The notes under the pieces were generated by a model that did not search any database, had not been told where the DNA came from, and saw only the letters and a list, made by a program, of their open reading frames with translations. Positions 37,317-50,068 of a stretch of 64,000 nt of DNA are shown here, piece after piece (within the stretch, counting starts at the first letter, position 1; each line of letters begins with the position of its first letter). This stretch comes from Peribolospora baueri (Eukaryota). The stretch covers positions 310,001-374,000 of the forward strand of contig JAMDHS010000001.1 of assembly GCA_029717555.1 (NCBI GenBank), read 5' to 3'. Made by a program: the position numbers and the translations under genes.

Positions 37317-39755
37317 ATGCCCTCCACCTCCGCTTCCTCGAGCCCAAGGCCCTCCCCCCACCAAAAAAAAACCTCCGATGCCCCGCCGCTGCCCCGCGGC
37401 CTTGCGACATACTTGGAGCGGACTGGCGGCGGTGCACCGTTGGTCCGCGTTGGCGCCGTCGACGGTGAGTGACCGGCCTGCTCGTGCTCGGCCATCGTCG
37501 CCAGTCACTCACCTCCTCTCCTTCTTGTATGCCCGCTCAGACGGCGGAGACAGAGGGTTGGCCGTCGTCGACCATGTCCAGGTGAGACTCGAATCGCATC
37601 CTCTGCTACCCTTCTTCGGCCCGGCGACAAACGTGTCCCCCTTCTGCCGGCTAGCCAGGTACCGCGCTCTTCACCGTTCCCGCCCCTGCTCTCCTTAACG
37701 TCCGCACCCTCGGCTCGTCGTTCATACGACCAGACCTGCTCCCGCTGCCTCGGGCGGGCGGCGCGACTCGTTCTGCCCGCGACAATCAGCACGTTGCCGT
37801 CGTCCGCGCCGATAAGGACACGCGATCACCGGCGCTCAAGGACGACGACGAGCGGCCGCAACTGCTCACCTCCTCACAAGCGCTCGCCTTACACCTGACC
37901 CTCTGGCGCCGCCGTCGTCAGCCGTGTCCGGACCGCCGGTCGGATGACCTCTCCGACCCCGCCGTCGTGACGGACGGACTGTATGACGACCGACGGTCCG
38001 GTTTCCTAGACACTCTGCCGGAGACGTTCCCCACGCATCCTTTGCTCTGGTCCATCCTCGCCGACCAAGGCCTTCCTCCTCCCGTCACGACCGCAACGAC
38101 GTTCTCGCCTTTCCACTCCCTCCTCGGCGGCCCGACGACTCTTCAGCCGAGCCACTTCAGAACGCGATGCGAGCTATTGCCGGTACAGACACAAAGGCTT
38201 TTGGAAGGCGTCAAGAGCAAGTTCTGGAGGGATTGGACGATGGTCAGAGGAATTTGTGTGAGTGCGTTCGCCGTTCGCCGCTCGCCGTTGCCCTCGTCCT
38301 GCTCGGCTAGCACCGCTGCAGTGCCCGCCCGCTGACGGGAAATGGTTTCGGTCGCCCGCCTTCGTCGTGGCCTCCGTCGCCCTCGCTCGACGGATAGCGT
38401 TCGTCCCTCGGCCGTGGAGGCCAAATAGAGGACACGTCCGAGGATGAGGTGTGCGACTTTCTTTGGGCTTGGCTGAACCGTGAGGCGCAGCGTGCACACT
38501 CGATGGCCCGGCGACGCAAAGATGTTGCCTCGCGCGCCCACTCATTCGCCCCTTCTTCGTCCCCCTTCGCCCACTCCCGCACTCCACAGTGAACACTAGA
38601 TGTCTCTACTACGACCTCAAGCTCCGCTCCCATTCGAACAACCTCACCCTGTGTCCCTTGCTGGACATGGCCAATCACACGTCCGACCCCAGCCGGGTTT
38701 GTGTCGTCCAGACCACACCAAACGGGTCTATGGAGCTCAGCGTTCCTCGCGACGAGGGATATGGGGCGAGGACGTCAAGAGGGATCGCAACAGAGGGTAT
38801 GAAGAGGGGCGAGCAGGTGTTCATCTCGTACGGACCGCATTCGAACGACGTGAGTCTGCGTCGGGTGATTCCCTTCATTCCAGTCCCGTTCGTGTCGTGG
38901 CTTCGGCCTATCGACTGCCAGAATACGCTGGCTGACGGGCGGGCTGGTCTTTGCAGACGCTCTTCACCGAGTACGGTTTCGTCCTCCGGATCGGCTCACC
39001 ATCCGCCGTCACCTATGACGACGACAACGAAGAACCCAGGGGATGGCCCGGCAACCCCTATAGCGAGGCGAACGTGAGCGACGAGGTGGAAGCACTGTTC
39101 GAAGCGCGAGGGGAAGAAGGCAGTCGGAAGAGGGCGATACTGGAAGAGTCCGGCTACTGGGGGTGAGCGATGTTCGCTGCGCTGTGCCAAGTGGCCGCTC
39201 GGGACGAAAAGAAACCTATACCGCCTTCTCCCTTCTTCTCTTTTCTCTCTCGCCGGTCGCAGCGACTGGACTCTTCATCCCCACCCGGCGCCAGCCCATC
39301 CTTCTCACCGTCTCTTCCCCGCCCTTCGCCTGCTCTACCTGGACTTGCCGGGGACCGCCAACGGCGTACTCTCGCAAGACTCCCGTCCCGGTCGTCCGAC
39401 GCACGCCAAAAAGCCGAAAGGGAAAGCGGGGGACGGTGCTGCTGCACCTCTGGACCGCTGGTACGGCACTTTGAACGGCACCGTGGAAACGGTGGACGAG
39501 AGGAACGAGGGCATTGTCCGGCAGACGCTCGTTCGGCTCTGTGAGCGCGTGGTGGAGCGGTGCGAGGGCGTCGCCGGCAAGCTCGAGCAGGCGGAAGAGC
39601 GCGAGCGAAAGGCCATGACGGAGGGGTTTGTCGAGAGTCGGGCCGCCGAAGAGGGTCTTACGGAAGGTTGGAAGATGGTGAGACAGCTGTGGGAGGAAGA
39701 TCGTCGGATCGCTTTGGAGGTCAAGCGGAGCGTCGAGAGCGGGATCGAATTCTGA
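37317..39755 (+). CDS. SET-domain protein-lysine methyltransferase (Rkm2/SETD4-like), multi-exon
   Basis: GDRGL, FLWAWLN|VNTRC, TLCPLLDMANH and EQVFISYGPHSND|TLFTEYGF. Confidence 0.85.
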
Positions 39756-40262
39756 TTTCTCGGCCAACCAAGCGATCCATGTGCCTGCTTGCCATTTTTC
39801 GTCTTCTCCATCCGAGGCCGCGCGCGCGTGTGAAGCTCTGGAAGAGATGGGGACGAGAGGAGCGTTGTGAGACTCGGCAAGGAGAGATGGCTACATCCAT
39901 GTCGGTCCATCATGAGCTAAGCACGGGCCACACGCGACGTGCCGGCTGTTCGCCGACGGGTGCAATCAGTCCGGGACTGGACGACAAAGCCAATCCGAGA
40001 CGCTTCTGTGATTGTACAGGATGAGTTTCAGTCTCGTGGAGGAGGAGATGCTCTGTTCGAAGGCCGTCCGTCGATAATGACATGGGACATCGTCAGGAAG
40101 GGAGCCGCCTGCCATCTCTCGCCGCCGGCGTCCGTGTGCCGCAGCATCTCGCTCCGATCCTCCGTCCGACCCAGCTTTCGTCTTCCTCATTTCTCGGACG
40201 TCATCGCTCGCTCTCGTTACCCACACATAGACAGAGCGTGTGAGGAACGACGCTGGCAAACG

Positions 40263-42650
40263 ATGCCCACTCTCCTCAACCGCTCGGGGAGCGCCGCCTC
40301 TTGCCTTCGTCTCCCTTGGGCGAGCCGAGCCGTTCCGCGCCCGTCCGCCTTCTCCACCCACGCGCGACTGAACAATAGCAGCCCGTCTTCGTCCTCCGGG
40401 CCAACAGCGCCGCCCCCCCATCCGCCGCCTCCGTCCCCATCTACCTCTGCTAGACAGCAGCGTAGGACGGTCGAGTGGGCGCTCGTAGGGGTGGCGGGGG
40501 GCGGCGCAGGGTTGGGGCTGTACTACTTCTACCAAAAGTCGCTCTCCGCACGATCTGGCCAGCAGGCCGCCGCCGGCTACTCGACGTCCGCCGCACCGGG
40601 GACGTTCACCATCAACGTGTCCACACGTGACGGTCCACGGCAGCGCGTTCTCACCATGCTCACGCAGGAACAGGTGGACTCTCGTCTGCGGGAGAACGAG
40701 CGGAGCACGACGATCGAGCGACCCAAGGGCGCAAACCTGGTGGCTCGGTACGACACCAACAGCGTGGCCGCTAACAGTCCCATCGAGGACAAGCGCGCCG
40801 AGGTGATCGTGGAGAGAGACCGAAAGGTGCCGGGATCGCCGGCTTCGGACCTCGCCTTCTTCGCCGTCTTCGACGGCCACTCCGGCTTCCACACCTCCAC
40901 GCTCCTCAGCCAGAAACTCATCTCCTACGTCGCGCTCGAGCTCGACCGTGTCTTTCGCGAGGCCGGTGGCTACGCTGATATCGCCAAGGCCAAGGCCAGC
41001 ATGCCGAGCAAGTTGTGGGCCGCCATTTTTGGCGGAGGGAGACAGGTCAAGGAGAAAGATGACCATCTCAGCTCTGGTCTCGGTGAGTCAACATCGGCCT
41101 TTCTCGCGCCCTCGAGCTACTGACTGACCACACATGATGGGGAAACGCCCATTTAGACAACGACCCGGAGGTCATCAAGCTCGCCCTCCAGCAAGCCTTC
41201 CTCACCCTCGATCGCGAGATCGTCCAAGGCCCCGTCGAGCTTCTAAAAGAATACGAGAGACAGATAGCCTCCGGCGCCATCCCTCCCCGGCCTTCTGATG
41301 GCCCGGCTTCTTCCCTCACCGCCTCTACTCCTTCTCTCGCCAACCTCGCCCGGTCCATCATCCCCAGCTCCTCCTCCTCACCTCGTCTCTCCACCTACCT
41401 CCAGTCGGGCTTCGAAGCACTCCAACACGCGCTGAGCGGCAGCTGTGCCCTGCTCGCGTACATCGACTCGGCCAGACGGGATCTTTACGTGTCGTGTACG
41501 GGAGACGCGAGGGCTGTGGCGGGGTATTGGGATCAGGAGGAGGGGCGATGGAGGGTGGAAGCGCTGAGCGAAGATCAGACGGCCAAGAACGAGAAGGAGA
41601 TCAAGAGGTGAGTTGGCCGTGTTCTTTTTTTTTTTTTTTTTTTCTTGTCTTCTCCGAAACTAGTCCGGGATGCGCCGTTCATCGCCGCTCCCTTCCATCT
41701 ATCTCCCTTATCGCTTGCGTGTCCCGCAGGATACGCTCGGAGCACCCGGGTGAGGAGGACGTGATTCGAAATGGCCGCGTACTCGGTTCGCTAGAGCCGA
41801 GTCGAGCGTTCGGCGACGCGCGGTACAAGTGGGACCGGGAGCTGCAGGGCCGGCTCTACGACGCTTTCGTTCCCGGCGGTCGCGCCGCCGCCAGGCCGCC
41901 GCCTCTTCGGTCGGAGACGCCGCCGTACGTGACGGCCAGGCCGGTGACGGAGTGGAGGAGGCTGGGCGAGCGAGACGGCCAACAGACCAAAGGGGAGCTG
42001 AGGTTCCTCGTGCTCGCCACGGACGGCTTGTGGGATCGGTTGAGCAACGAGGACGTCGTGGCTCTCGTCGCTGGGCACCTCGAAGGACAAGAAGGGACGA
42101 TGGACGCCAACGAACTGCACCGACGGACCTTGGCCGGTGCTGACCCGGCTTCAGCGCCTGCGACGGCGGTGACGGCGGCGACGGGGACTGGGACGGGGAC
42201 GAAGGAGAAGAGCAAAGCGTGGCTCAAGGGAAAGGAAGACGTGTCACGGACGTTTACGTTTGAGGACGACAATCTCGCCACGCATCTCATCCGGAATCGG
42301 TTCGGGGGAGGTAACCGGGAGCGCGTGGCCAGTTTGCTGGCCATTCCTAGCCCGGAGGCGAGGAGGTATCGGGACGATACGACTGTCAGGTGAGCTAGCT
42401 AGCTGCCTGCGTCGCCGCCTCGTAGTCGGCGAGAAGAGTGTATTGCGTGTCCTTCCTTCGGCGTCCCACTGACGTTTCGCCTCCCGCCCGCCGTATGTTC
42501 TACCCTCCCCTCTGGCCGTGCGTCGACGGCGTCAGCGTGATCCTGTTCAACAAGAACGAGAACGGCAGTGGCTCATCGTCTGCCACGGGAACGGCGTCAG
42601 CTTCGGCCGGCAAAGGCCCGTCGGACGAGCCGATCAAGGCCAAGCTCTGA
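40263..42650 (+). CDS. PTC5: Mitochondrial PP2C phosphatase (pyruvate dehydrogenase phosphatase, Ptc5-like)
   Basis: Arg/Ser-rich presequence plus TM; ANSPIED, AVFDGHSG, SGSCAL, CTGDARAV, LEPSRAFGD, TPPYVTARP, LATDGLWD, NLATHLIRN and RRYRDDTTV. Confidence 0.88.
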
Positions 42651-43830
42651 TCGACCGGACCGGACCATCAGGTCCGTCGGCGTCGTTCTATTCCCCGGTC
42701 GTCGAGCATCTACCCTCCTCTGTCTGTCTCTGTCTCCGTCTGCCTCTCCTCTCCTTTCTCCTCTCCCTCCCTCCCTGCGTACGTCTCTCTCGTTCTTCTT
42801 CCAGTCCTGTTCTGATGCTCGACTTGCCTTTTCGCTCTGCACTGTATTCGTACGTACGCTCGGGTGGATTTCATTATTCACCTTAAATCGATCGCTGCTT
42901 CCGCCTCGTGCCGTCGTGTCTCGACCGAGAAGAGGAACAAGGATGCGCAGGAACCGTCCATCCATCCATCCGTCCGGTCGTCCGGTCGTCCGTCCGTCCA
43001 CCGATATCCTCACAAGCGAATTTGATTACATGATGATTCGTTCATTCCACGTGCGACGGCACAAAAAGCCTGGCTCGCTCGCCCATTGTATGTGCGGTAA
43101 TGGTAGTGTGCTGAGGCTATCTATCTTGACCGTGTAAGCGCGAGCCCCCGACGTGTCTGAGACGTCTTTCCTTCCATCCTTCCTTCCTTCCTTCCGCTGA
43201 CGGGGGCGCATCGGCGCTCGGCGGGCAAGCCACACCGAACGCCATCCGGTCCGGTAGGCCGGCGACGGTCGTGCGGGGAGTGGGAGTGGGAGTGGGAGTG
43301 GGAGCGCGAGCGCCGTCGAGCTCAGAGCTGTCGTCGCCGCCGGCCGTGCCGTGCCGTCGGGGTCCGTTCTGGCCGTTGCGGTGGTGGTAGTAGTGGTAGT
43401 GGAAGTGGTGCTTGCGTCGCTTTGCTCGCTCTTGCTCTCGTCCTTCCTCTCTCGCCTCTTCGTCTTCGTCCGCCGTGGCGTCGTCTCCGCCTCGTCTTCC
43501 TCGGCTGTCCAACCAGCAACTCGCCCTCGCCCTCTCCCTCGCCCGTCCGTCTCGTCCTCCCCACAGGCTTGGCCGACATGCCCATGCACTCAACCGACGT
43601 CTCACCCGCTCTTGCGCCGTCTTGCTTCATCAGGCGCTTCCCGAGGGGCCCCGCGATTTCGGTCACCCCGTCCTCCGGTCCGGACGCGGACCGTCCGTTG
43701 ATGGAACGAATGAAGGAGCGAAGGAACAAGGAACGAAGGAGCGAAACACTTTTAACCAGACCTCGCCTCGCCATCTCTTCTCCGTCCCTTCCTCATCTTC
43801 CCTCTCCCCTTCGCCGACGAACCCTCCACC

Positions 43831-46133
43831 ATGCTCCTCCGCCGCTCCTTCTCCCTCCTTCTCTCCGCCCTCCCCGCTCTCGCCGGGCGCATCCCGCTCG
43901 AAACAAGGCAGTCTGCCGCCTCCTCGTCCTCGGCCAAGGACACCACCACCAACGTCACCGAGAGCGTCATCGTCGCCGTCCCCGTCGACGCCCCCGTGTG
44001 GGCCGAACAGCTCAGTCCCGACCTCGTCTCCTTCTCCATCGAGAACGACCGCTGGCCCGACTGGGTCGGCGGCTCCGCGTCCGGCAGGAACAACTTCACC
44101 ACCCAAGCCCTCACCAGCCTTGCCCAGCTCACCGGCAAACCGCCTCACATTCGCGTCGGCGCCGACTCAGAGGACCGCACGCTCATCGATCCCAACCTGC
44201 CCACGACGGATGGCCCGGAGGTCGGCCTCTTCCCCCCTTCCACCGTCGTCACGCCCTTCCCAGAGGCCACCAATGACACCATCCGCGGCTCCGACTTCTA
44301 CGCCCTCTCCGCCCACCTCCTCCCCGGCACGCCCATGACCTGGGGCCTCAACCTCCGCTCGGGCAACGTGACCAACGCCGTCGACGAGGCTCGCGCCCTC
44401 CTCCAGGCCTTCTCCGAGGGGCCCGTTCGCGACGCCGGCATCACTCTCCAGCACGTCGAGGTGGGCAACGAGCCGGACCTGTTCAAGGATCCCCTCTACG
44501 TCGGCGACTGGACCATCTTGGACTACACCAGGAAGTGAGCCCGGGTCTCCTCTCCAAAACGCGCTTTTCCTCCTTCCCTTCCTGCTTCACTCACCACCTT
44601 CCCCCTCTCTTTTTCGCTCTCCCACAAGCTGGACCAACTTTGCCAACTCCGTCGACAAGGCCGTCCCCGGCTCTCAGTTTACCTGGCAAGTCGGCGCCTT
44701 TGCTGATATCGACGATACCGGCGCCAACGACAAGACCGCCCAGGGCGTCTGGCTCGCCGGGATTAGGAACAGCGAGGCTGGCGCTAGGATCTCGACGTGA
44801 GTGCCGCTCCAAACGGAGAGGGGGGGCACGGCGAAGAGGAACGACCACCGATCCCTTCGTTTTTTTTTTGTTTCCCTCGACGGTTTTCCAGTTTCTCGCA
44901 GCACCACTACTTCGGTGCGTCGACGTATTTCCTTCCAGTTCTTTCAGGTCGGAGCCCAGCTGACCTTTTTCCTCTTCCTCTCTCCCCTTCTCTCCGACCC
45001 GCTTTCGGTCGCCACAGCGGCCTACTGCAACGGAGGAGCGTTCAACCTGGCAGACCTGCTCAACAAGCAATACATCCGCACCAACGTCTCCCAGCTCTTG
45101 CCCGACCTCATCGCCACCAAGCGACAGTCGCTCGACTACATCCTCGGGTGAGAGACCGCCCGGTCGGTGTGCTTCGCCGTTTTTCCCGACCGTCTCCAAC
45201 GAAGCTGACTCCTCCTCTCCTCACCTCCTCTCGGTCCGCACTCCTCGAAAGCGAGACCAACTCCATCGCATGCCACGGCGCCCCGGGCGTCTCAGACAGC
45301 GGCGGATCGGCCGTGTGGGGCGTTGACTACATCCTCCAGAGCGCCGCGCTCGGCGTCGGCAGGTTGCACTTCCACGAGGGCGTCGGTGAGTCTTCTTCTT
45401 TTATCGATGTGGCTCGCTGCCCCTTTCTTTAACTCCTCCTCCCCCTTCCCGTTGACCTAGGCTACAAATACAACCTGGTGAGCTGGCGTTTTTGAAACGC
45501 GGTCGTCGCCGCATCACCCACTCATCTTTCCTTCTTTTACTCCTCCTTGCCTCGGCTTTCTTTCAGTTCCAACCCATCCCTTTGAACCGCTCCGTCACGA
45601 CCGGCTACGACCTCTCCACGCCTTTCCCTGCTCACGTCAACCCGCTTTACTACGCCGCGCTCGTGGTGAACACGGCGATCGGCAAGTCCGGCAACGCACG
45701 CGTCGCCGAGCTCGACGTCAGCAGCAAGCACGTCGCCGGCTACGGCATCTGGGAGGGCAACAAGCTCGCTCGCGCCGTCTTCCTCAACTCGAACGGTTTC
45801 TTCAAGAACAACACCCAGGGCGTGCCCGACACCGTCCGCTCGGCCTCCAAGCTTTTCTTTACTTTCCCTTCTTCCGCCAAGTCCGGCTCCGGCTCGTCCG
45901 CCGCAAAGGGTTACACCGTCGAGCGTCTCTCGATCCCTTACACTGACGTCACCTACGACGTTCCCTCCACCAACGGTTCCACCACTTCCGGAAACCCGAG
46001 TATGACGTGGGCAGGCCAGACATGGGACTATGCCGCGCCCGTCGGCCAGCGCACGTCCGAGCAGGCGACGAGCCTCGAGAACGGCTTGCAGATTGAGGCT
46101 ACCGAGGTCGTGCTCGTTACTTTCCAGTACTGA
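43831..46133 (+). CDS. Secreted glycoside hydrolase family 79 (beta-glucuronidase-like), multi-exon with micro-exons
   Basis: Signal peptide; SFSIENDRWPDW, IRVGADSED, TWGLNL, EVGNEPD (acid/base), YILG|ETNS (nucleophile), CHGAPGVSD and FHEGVGYKYN. Confidence 0.9.
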
Positions 46134-46467
46134 GCCAGCGTGCACCTCCGTTGGCTGGCCGGCGGGCGGATGGGAGGGATGGCTATGGATGAGTAACTCG
46201 GCTCGGCGCTAGAGAACCGTCGTCGAAAGTCCGATCTCGTCGTCCCCGCCCGCCCACCTCTTTCTTTACTTGCCTGCCCGCCTGCCTGCCTGCCTGTTGC
46301 CTACCTTCCTGCCTGCCTACCTTCCGGTCAATATCCATATTATCATCGCCGTCCGCCACCACATGTATCTAACATACCCTCGTGGCTATCTATCGCTATC
46401 GCCTGCCACGCGCGGAATCGCATCCCATGAGACGGAGGGAGCGTGTTTTGACGATGCTTCTACTTGC

Positions 46468-46531
46468 ATACGATACGATACGATACGATACGATACAATA
46501 CAATACAATACGATGCAATACGATACGATAC
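46468..46531 (+). repeat. (TACGA/TACAA)n pentanucleotide microsatellite
   Basis: Direct inspection; its inverted copy is at ~28527-28574. Confidence 0.85.
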
Positions 46532-46957
46532 GGCACGTATGACACGGCGCGCGCGTCCGGTGCTGAATGGTCTGGACGCTGGACAAAGAAGAGGAAGGAC
46601 AGGGCGAAGGAGGAGAGAATGGATTGGGGACGCGTGTAAAGTACAAATCTCAAACGAGGAAGTCTTCAAGTCACGAATTGTAATTCTTGAATAGATCTTG
46701 AAAGTCCATTTTGCATTTCTTAGCCGAGCATCTTTTGAGTTTTCCTCTCGAAGCATTTGCGCAGATCTTGTTCCTATCCTAGATTTTGGAAAATCGAAAA
46801 GTTTTTTTTCTCACCCAATGTGCAAATCTTGCCAATGTAAATGTCTGCAACCAGTTTTCGATAATTTTTGATTTTCTCCAAACGGTTATTGCAGTAATTT
46901 AATTTAGTCGTTGAACTTATTAGAATGTACTAATAAGAAAGCGGAAAGGAGGATTAG

Positions 46958-47140
46958 AAATGGAAATATCCAGCGCGGAACGAAAAATGAAAGGGACACG
47001 AAATGGAAAATGATTGGGCTGGTGCAAAAGAGAGAAAAGAACGCGAAAAGAGGGACGAGAAATGAAAAATCCACGGCGCTGGAACGAAAAATCGAAAAAA
47101 AGGGGACGCGAAAGGGCTGGTGGTGCAAAAGAGAGAGAAG
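46958..47140 (+). repeat. Degenerate ~100-bp purine-rich tandem duplication (possible rDNA IGS subrepeats)
   Basis: AAATG(G/A)AA..TCCA..GCG..GGAACGAAAAAT...GGGAC.CGAAA...GGTGCAAAAGAGAGA occurs twice. Confidence 0.55.
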
Positions 47141-47522
47141 TCAACGGCAGTGGTTCTATGGCGTCGCTCATCGCTCAAACGTTACAGCAATGAATGGCTT
47201 GTTCCAGAAACGCGTAAAACGCGTGTTTCACCCCCTTTCCATCCTCAAGAAGAGGCGAGGAGGCCAGCACTGTGCTTGGCGCACCTCCACCCCATCCGAT
47301 AGCAGGTTGAAAGGGCTAGCGAAAGTGAGTATGAAGAACGCGGCGCAAACGACTCTTCCTCACGAGTTAGCGATGCCCTAGTAAGCATTGCTGAAACCCA
47401 AATGACTAGCGGGTCGAGGATAGCGCTTGAAGCTCCCTGTGTATTGAACAGGTGTATGCTCGGCGTTACAATCTATCCGGCTAGGCGTTTGACAGATGTC
47501 CCCTGTCGTGGGAGCGAGTAGT

Positions 47523-47900
47523 CGTTACAGCGGAAGCGAAAGAGAGACAGAGAGAAAGACAGAGAAGAGAGGAACGAGACGAAGAGAACTGGATCGATTG
47601 GTTTCGTAAGAGTAAGGTGAATGGCGTCCTCTAGGGATGCCCTGAATCTCTGTTCTTATATACATGGGGTCAGGCTCAGGGGACGGAGTAACGAAGGAGG
47701 AGTAAGGGGAAATGAGTGGATCACGTGCGCCTGCGCGGTTGTCGTCAGGGTGGGGGGATGTGATCACTGTGTCGCGACCCCGTTTACGACCGTCTATTTC
47801 CTAGGCGGTAGATCACTTCTATTGTTCTCGGCGTACCCCTTTATGTACGACTCCGGGCGCCTATTCCTCTCGAGAAACGTATATACAGAGGATGGGAACC
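47523..47900. mobile_element. Possible degenerate LTR remnant(s)
   Basis: Begins (C)GTTACA, has a GA-rich tract and a minus-strand TATATAA, as in LTRs; no clean TG..CA ends or TSD found. Confidence 0.3.
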
Positions 47901-48467
47901 CCACTGTCTGTACTCCCTGTGAGGAAGAACACCATGTAGACACCACATCTACCAGCTCACAGTCGGCCAATTTGCTCGGTTACCACCTTGTCCATCTGAT
48001 GCCTAGTCGGCCCTGGTCCATCGCATTTGCCGCAGCCCCGGCACCCCCTGCGATTTCTAACAGCGGTATATGAGGAATACACGTGAGGCGTATTATTATA
48101 TGCTATGGCTTTCCACGACAGTCGCTTGACTGTCCTTCTGCCTGCATCGCTGCCAGGGGATGTCAGATGTTGTGGATGTAATTGCCGATGGCCAGACCAA
48201 AAGCGATAGCTTCCAAACACTCGAGGATCCGCAATGTAGACTGGGAGATTGTATCCAGAGCTTGCGAGACCGGGGGATAAGGCGTGAGCTGGTCCTTTCC
48301 CATTTGCGATAACAGGTCCTTGTGACCTCGAAGCATTGGTGGACAGACACTCACTGACGAAAGACACACCAAATCGATCCTTGCGACATACTCCGTGTCG
48401 ATGTGGAGGACCTTTATTGGTCTCGCCCACCAGCTATGGGCGTCCCAGTGGCGCTCGAAAGGATAGT

Positions 48468-49493
48468 TACCTGGTTGATTCTGCCAGAAGTCATATGCTT
48501 GTCTCAAAGGTTAAGCCATGCATGTCAAAGTATAAATATCTTTGTACTGTGAAACTGAAAGGCTCCTTAAATCAGTTATAGTTCATTTGATGGTACCCAG
48601 TTACATGGATAACTGTGGTAATTCTAGAGCTAATACATGCTTAAAAGCCCCGACTTCTGGGACGGGTGTATTTATTAGATAAAAGCCAGCCCCTTCGGGA
48701 TCCCTTGGTGGCTCGCAATACCTTCTCGAATCGCATGGCCTTGCGCCGGCGATGCTTCATTCAAACATCTGCCCTATCAACTTTCGATGGTAGGTGTAAT
48801 GTGACCGGCCACCCTGTGACGGCACCTCGGGGCCCGGATTACCCATGTAGAACCGATCACGTGTAGACTAGGCCACGTGCCGGGGCTGCCGAGCTCCTTT
48901 GTTGCCACGCTGGCCACCATCACGGAGGAATACCAATACCATCTCTTTCGCTATCATTCAGCTAGTTGGCACCATTACAGTAGGATAGAGGCCTACCATG
49001 GTTTCAACGATAACAATATGACGGCTCTATTGAGTCCTATAATTGGAATGAGTACGATTTAAATCCCTTAACGAGGAACGATTGGAGGGCAAGTCTGGTA
49101 CCAGCAGCCGCGGTAATTCCAGCTCCAATAGCGTATATTGAAGTTGTTGCAGTTAAAAAGCTCGTAGTTGAACTTCAGGCCTGGCCGGCCGGTCCGCTTC
49201 ACAGTGTGTACTTGGTTCGCCGGGTCTTCCTTCTTGGTGAACCCGTATGCCCTTGACTGGGTGTGCGGGCGAACCCAGGACTTATACTTTGAAAAAATCC
49301 TAGTGTTCAAAGCAGGCCTATGCCCGAATATATTAGCATGGAATAACAGAATAGGACGTGCGGTTCCATTTTGTTGGTTTCTGGAATCGCCGTAATGATT
49401 AATAGGGATAGTCGGGGACATTAGTATCCAATTGCCAGAGGTGAAATTCCGGTCAGATACCGTTGTGGTCTTAACAGTAAACTATGCCGACTA
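48468..49493 (+). pseudogene. 18S rRNA pseudogene (5' ~1 kb) with two internal deletions and an LTR insertion
   Basis: TACCTGGTTGAT.CTGCCAG start, GCTTGTCTCAAAG, CTGCCCTATCAACTTTCGATGGTAGG, CAGCAGCCGCGGTAATTCCAGCTCC and GAGGTGAAATTC; deletion junctions at ~49009/10 and ~49449/50; substitutions at near-invariant sites (GTGCCAGC to GTACCAGC). Confidence 0.95.
48795..48979. mobile_element. Solo LTR (185 bp) inserted in the 18S pseudogene
   Basis: Termini TGTAATG...CATTACA (perfect 7-bp inverted repeat, TG..CA), flanked by a 5-bp target-site duplication GTAGG (48790-48794 and 48980-48984). Confidence 0.88.
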
Positions 49494-50068
49494 TATGCCA
49501 TGCGGGTCATCGGGATATGCCACCCCGAAGGGGGGATTTACCAAACACGACTTGCGGCAACAGACTTCCCAAAGGAGAGCACGTGACCATATGCAGACGA
49601 TCGAATCGAATCGATGGCCGCAGCGAGATGGATGGTATGACGTCGTCGCCTTAATAAGCGACCTCCTCGATCGATCCCCCGCTCCCCCCAAGTTCCTTGA
49701 CCGTGGACATGGACTGGAAAAGACGACGAGCGCGGGGGCGCGGGATGCATTCCAAAGCGGACGCGCCTGATCAGATTGGCCGCGAGGAAGGGAGGGGCAC
49801 GCACGTGCGACTGCAGACACGGACATGTTCGTGTATGTGAGACACGATTCGACACGATTCGCCAGCGTCGGCCGAGAGAGAGAGAGAGCGCTCGATGGCG
49901 AATGGCCGGATCGGGGAATCGGTACGAGGGCCAGGGGGGCCGTTCCCCGTTCAGTGGCATCGCATCGCCACCGCTCATCTTCCTTTCTCGCTCATCCACC
50001 ACCTAGTCAGTCTCCCTAACAAGCAAACAAGCACCCGCACCCGACATCGAGCGCAAACGAACGAAACG

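Noticed and set aside
46468..46531. CRISPR-like or coding YDTIR repeat
   Set aside because: Simple pentanucleotide microsatellite without spacers, in a eukaryotic 3' flank.
48795..48979. Group I or spliceosomal intron in 18S
   Set aside because: A target-site duplication and terminal inverted repeats indicate a transposon footprint; no intron consensus or P/Q/R/S core is seen.
48468..49493. Functional rDNA locus
   Set aside because: Truncated, internally deleted, mutated at conserved sites, and not followed by ITS, 5.8S or 28S.
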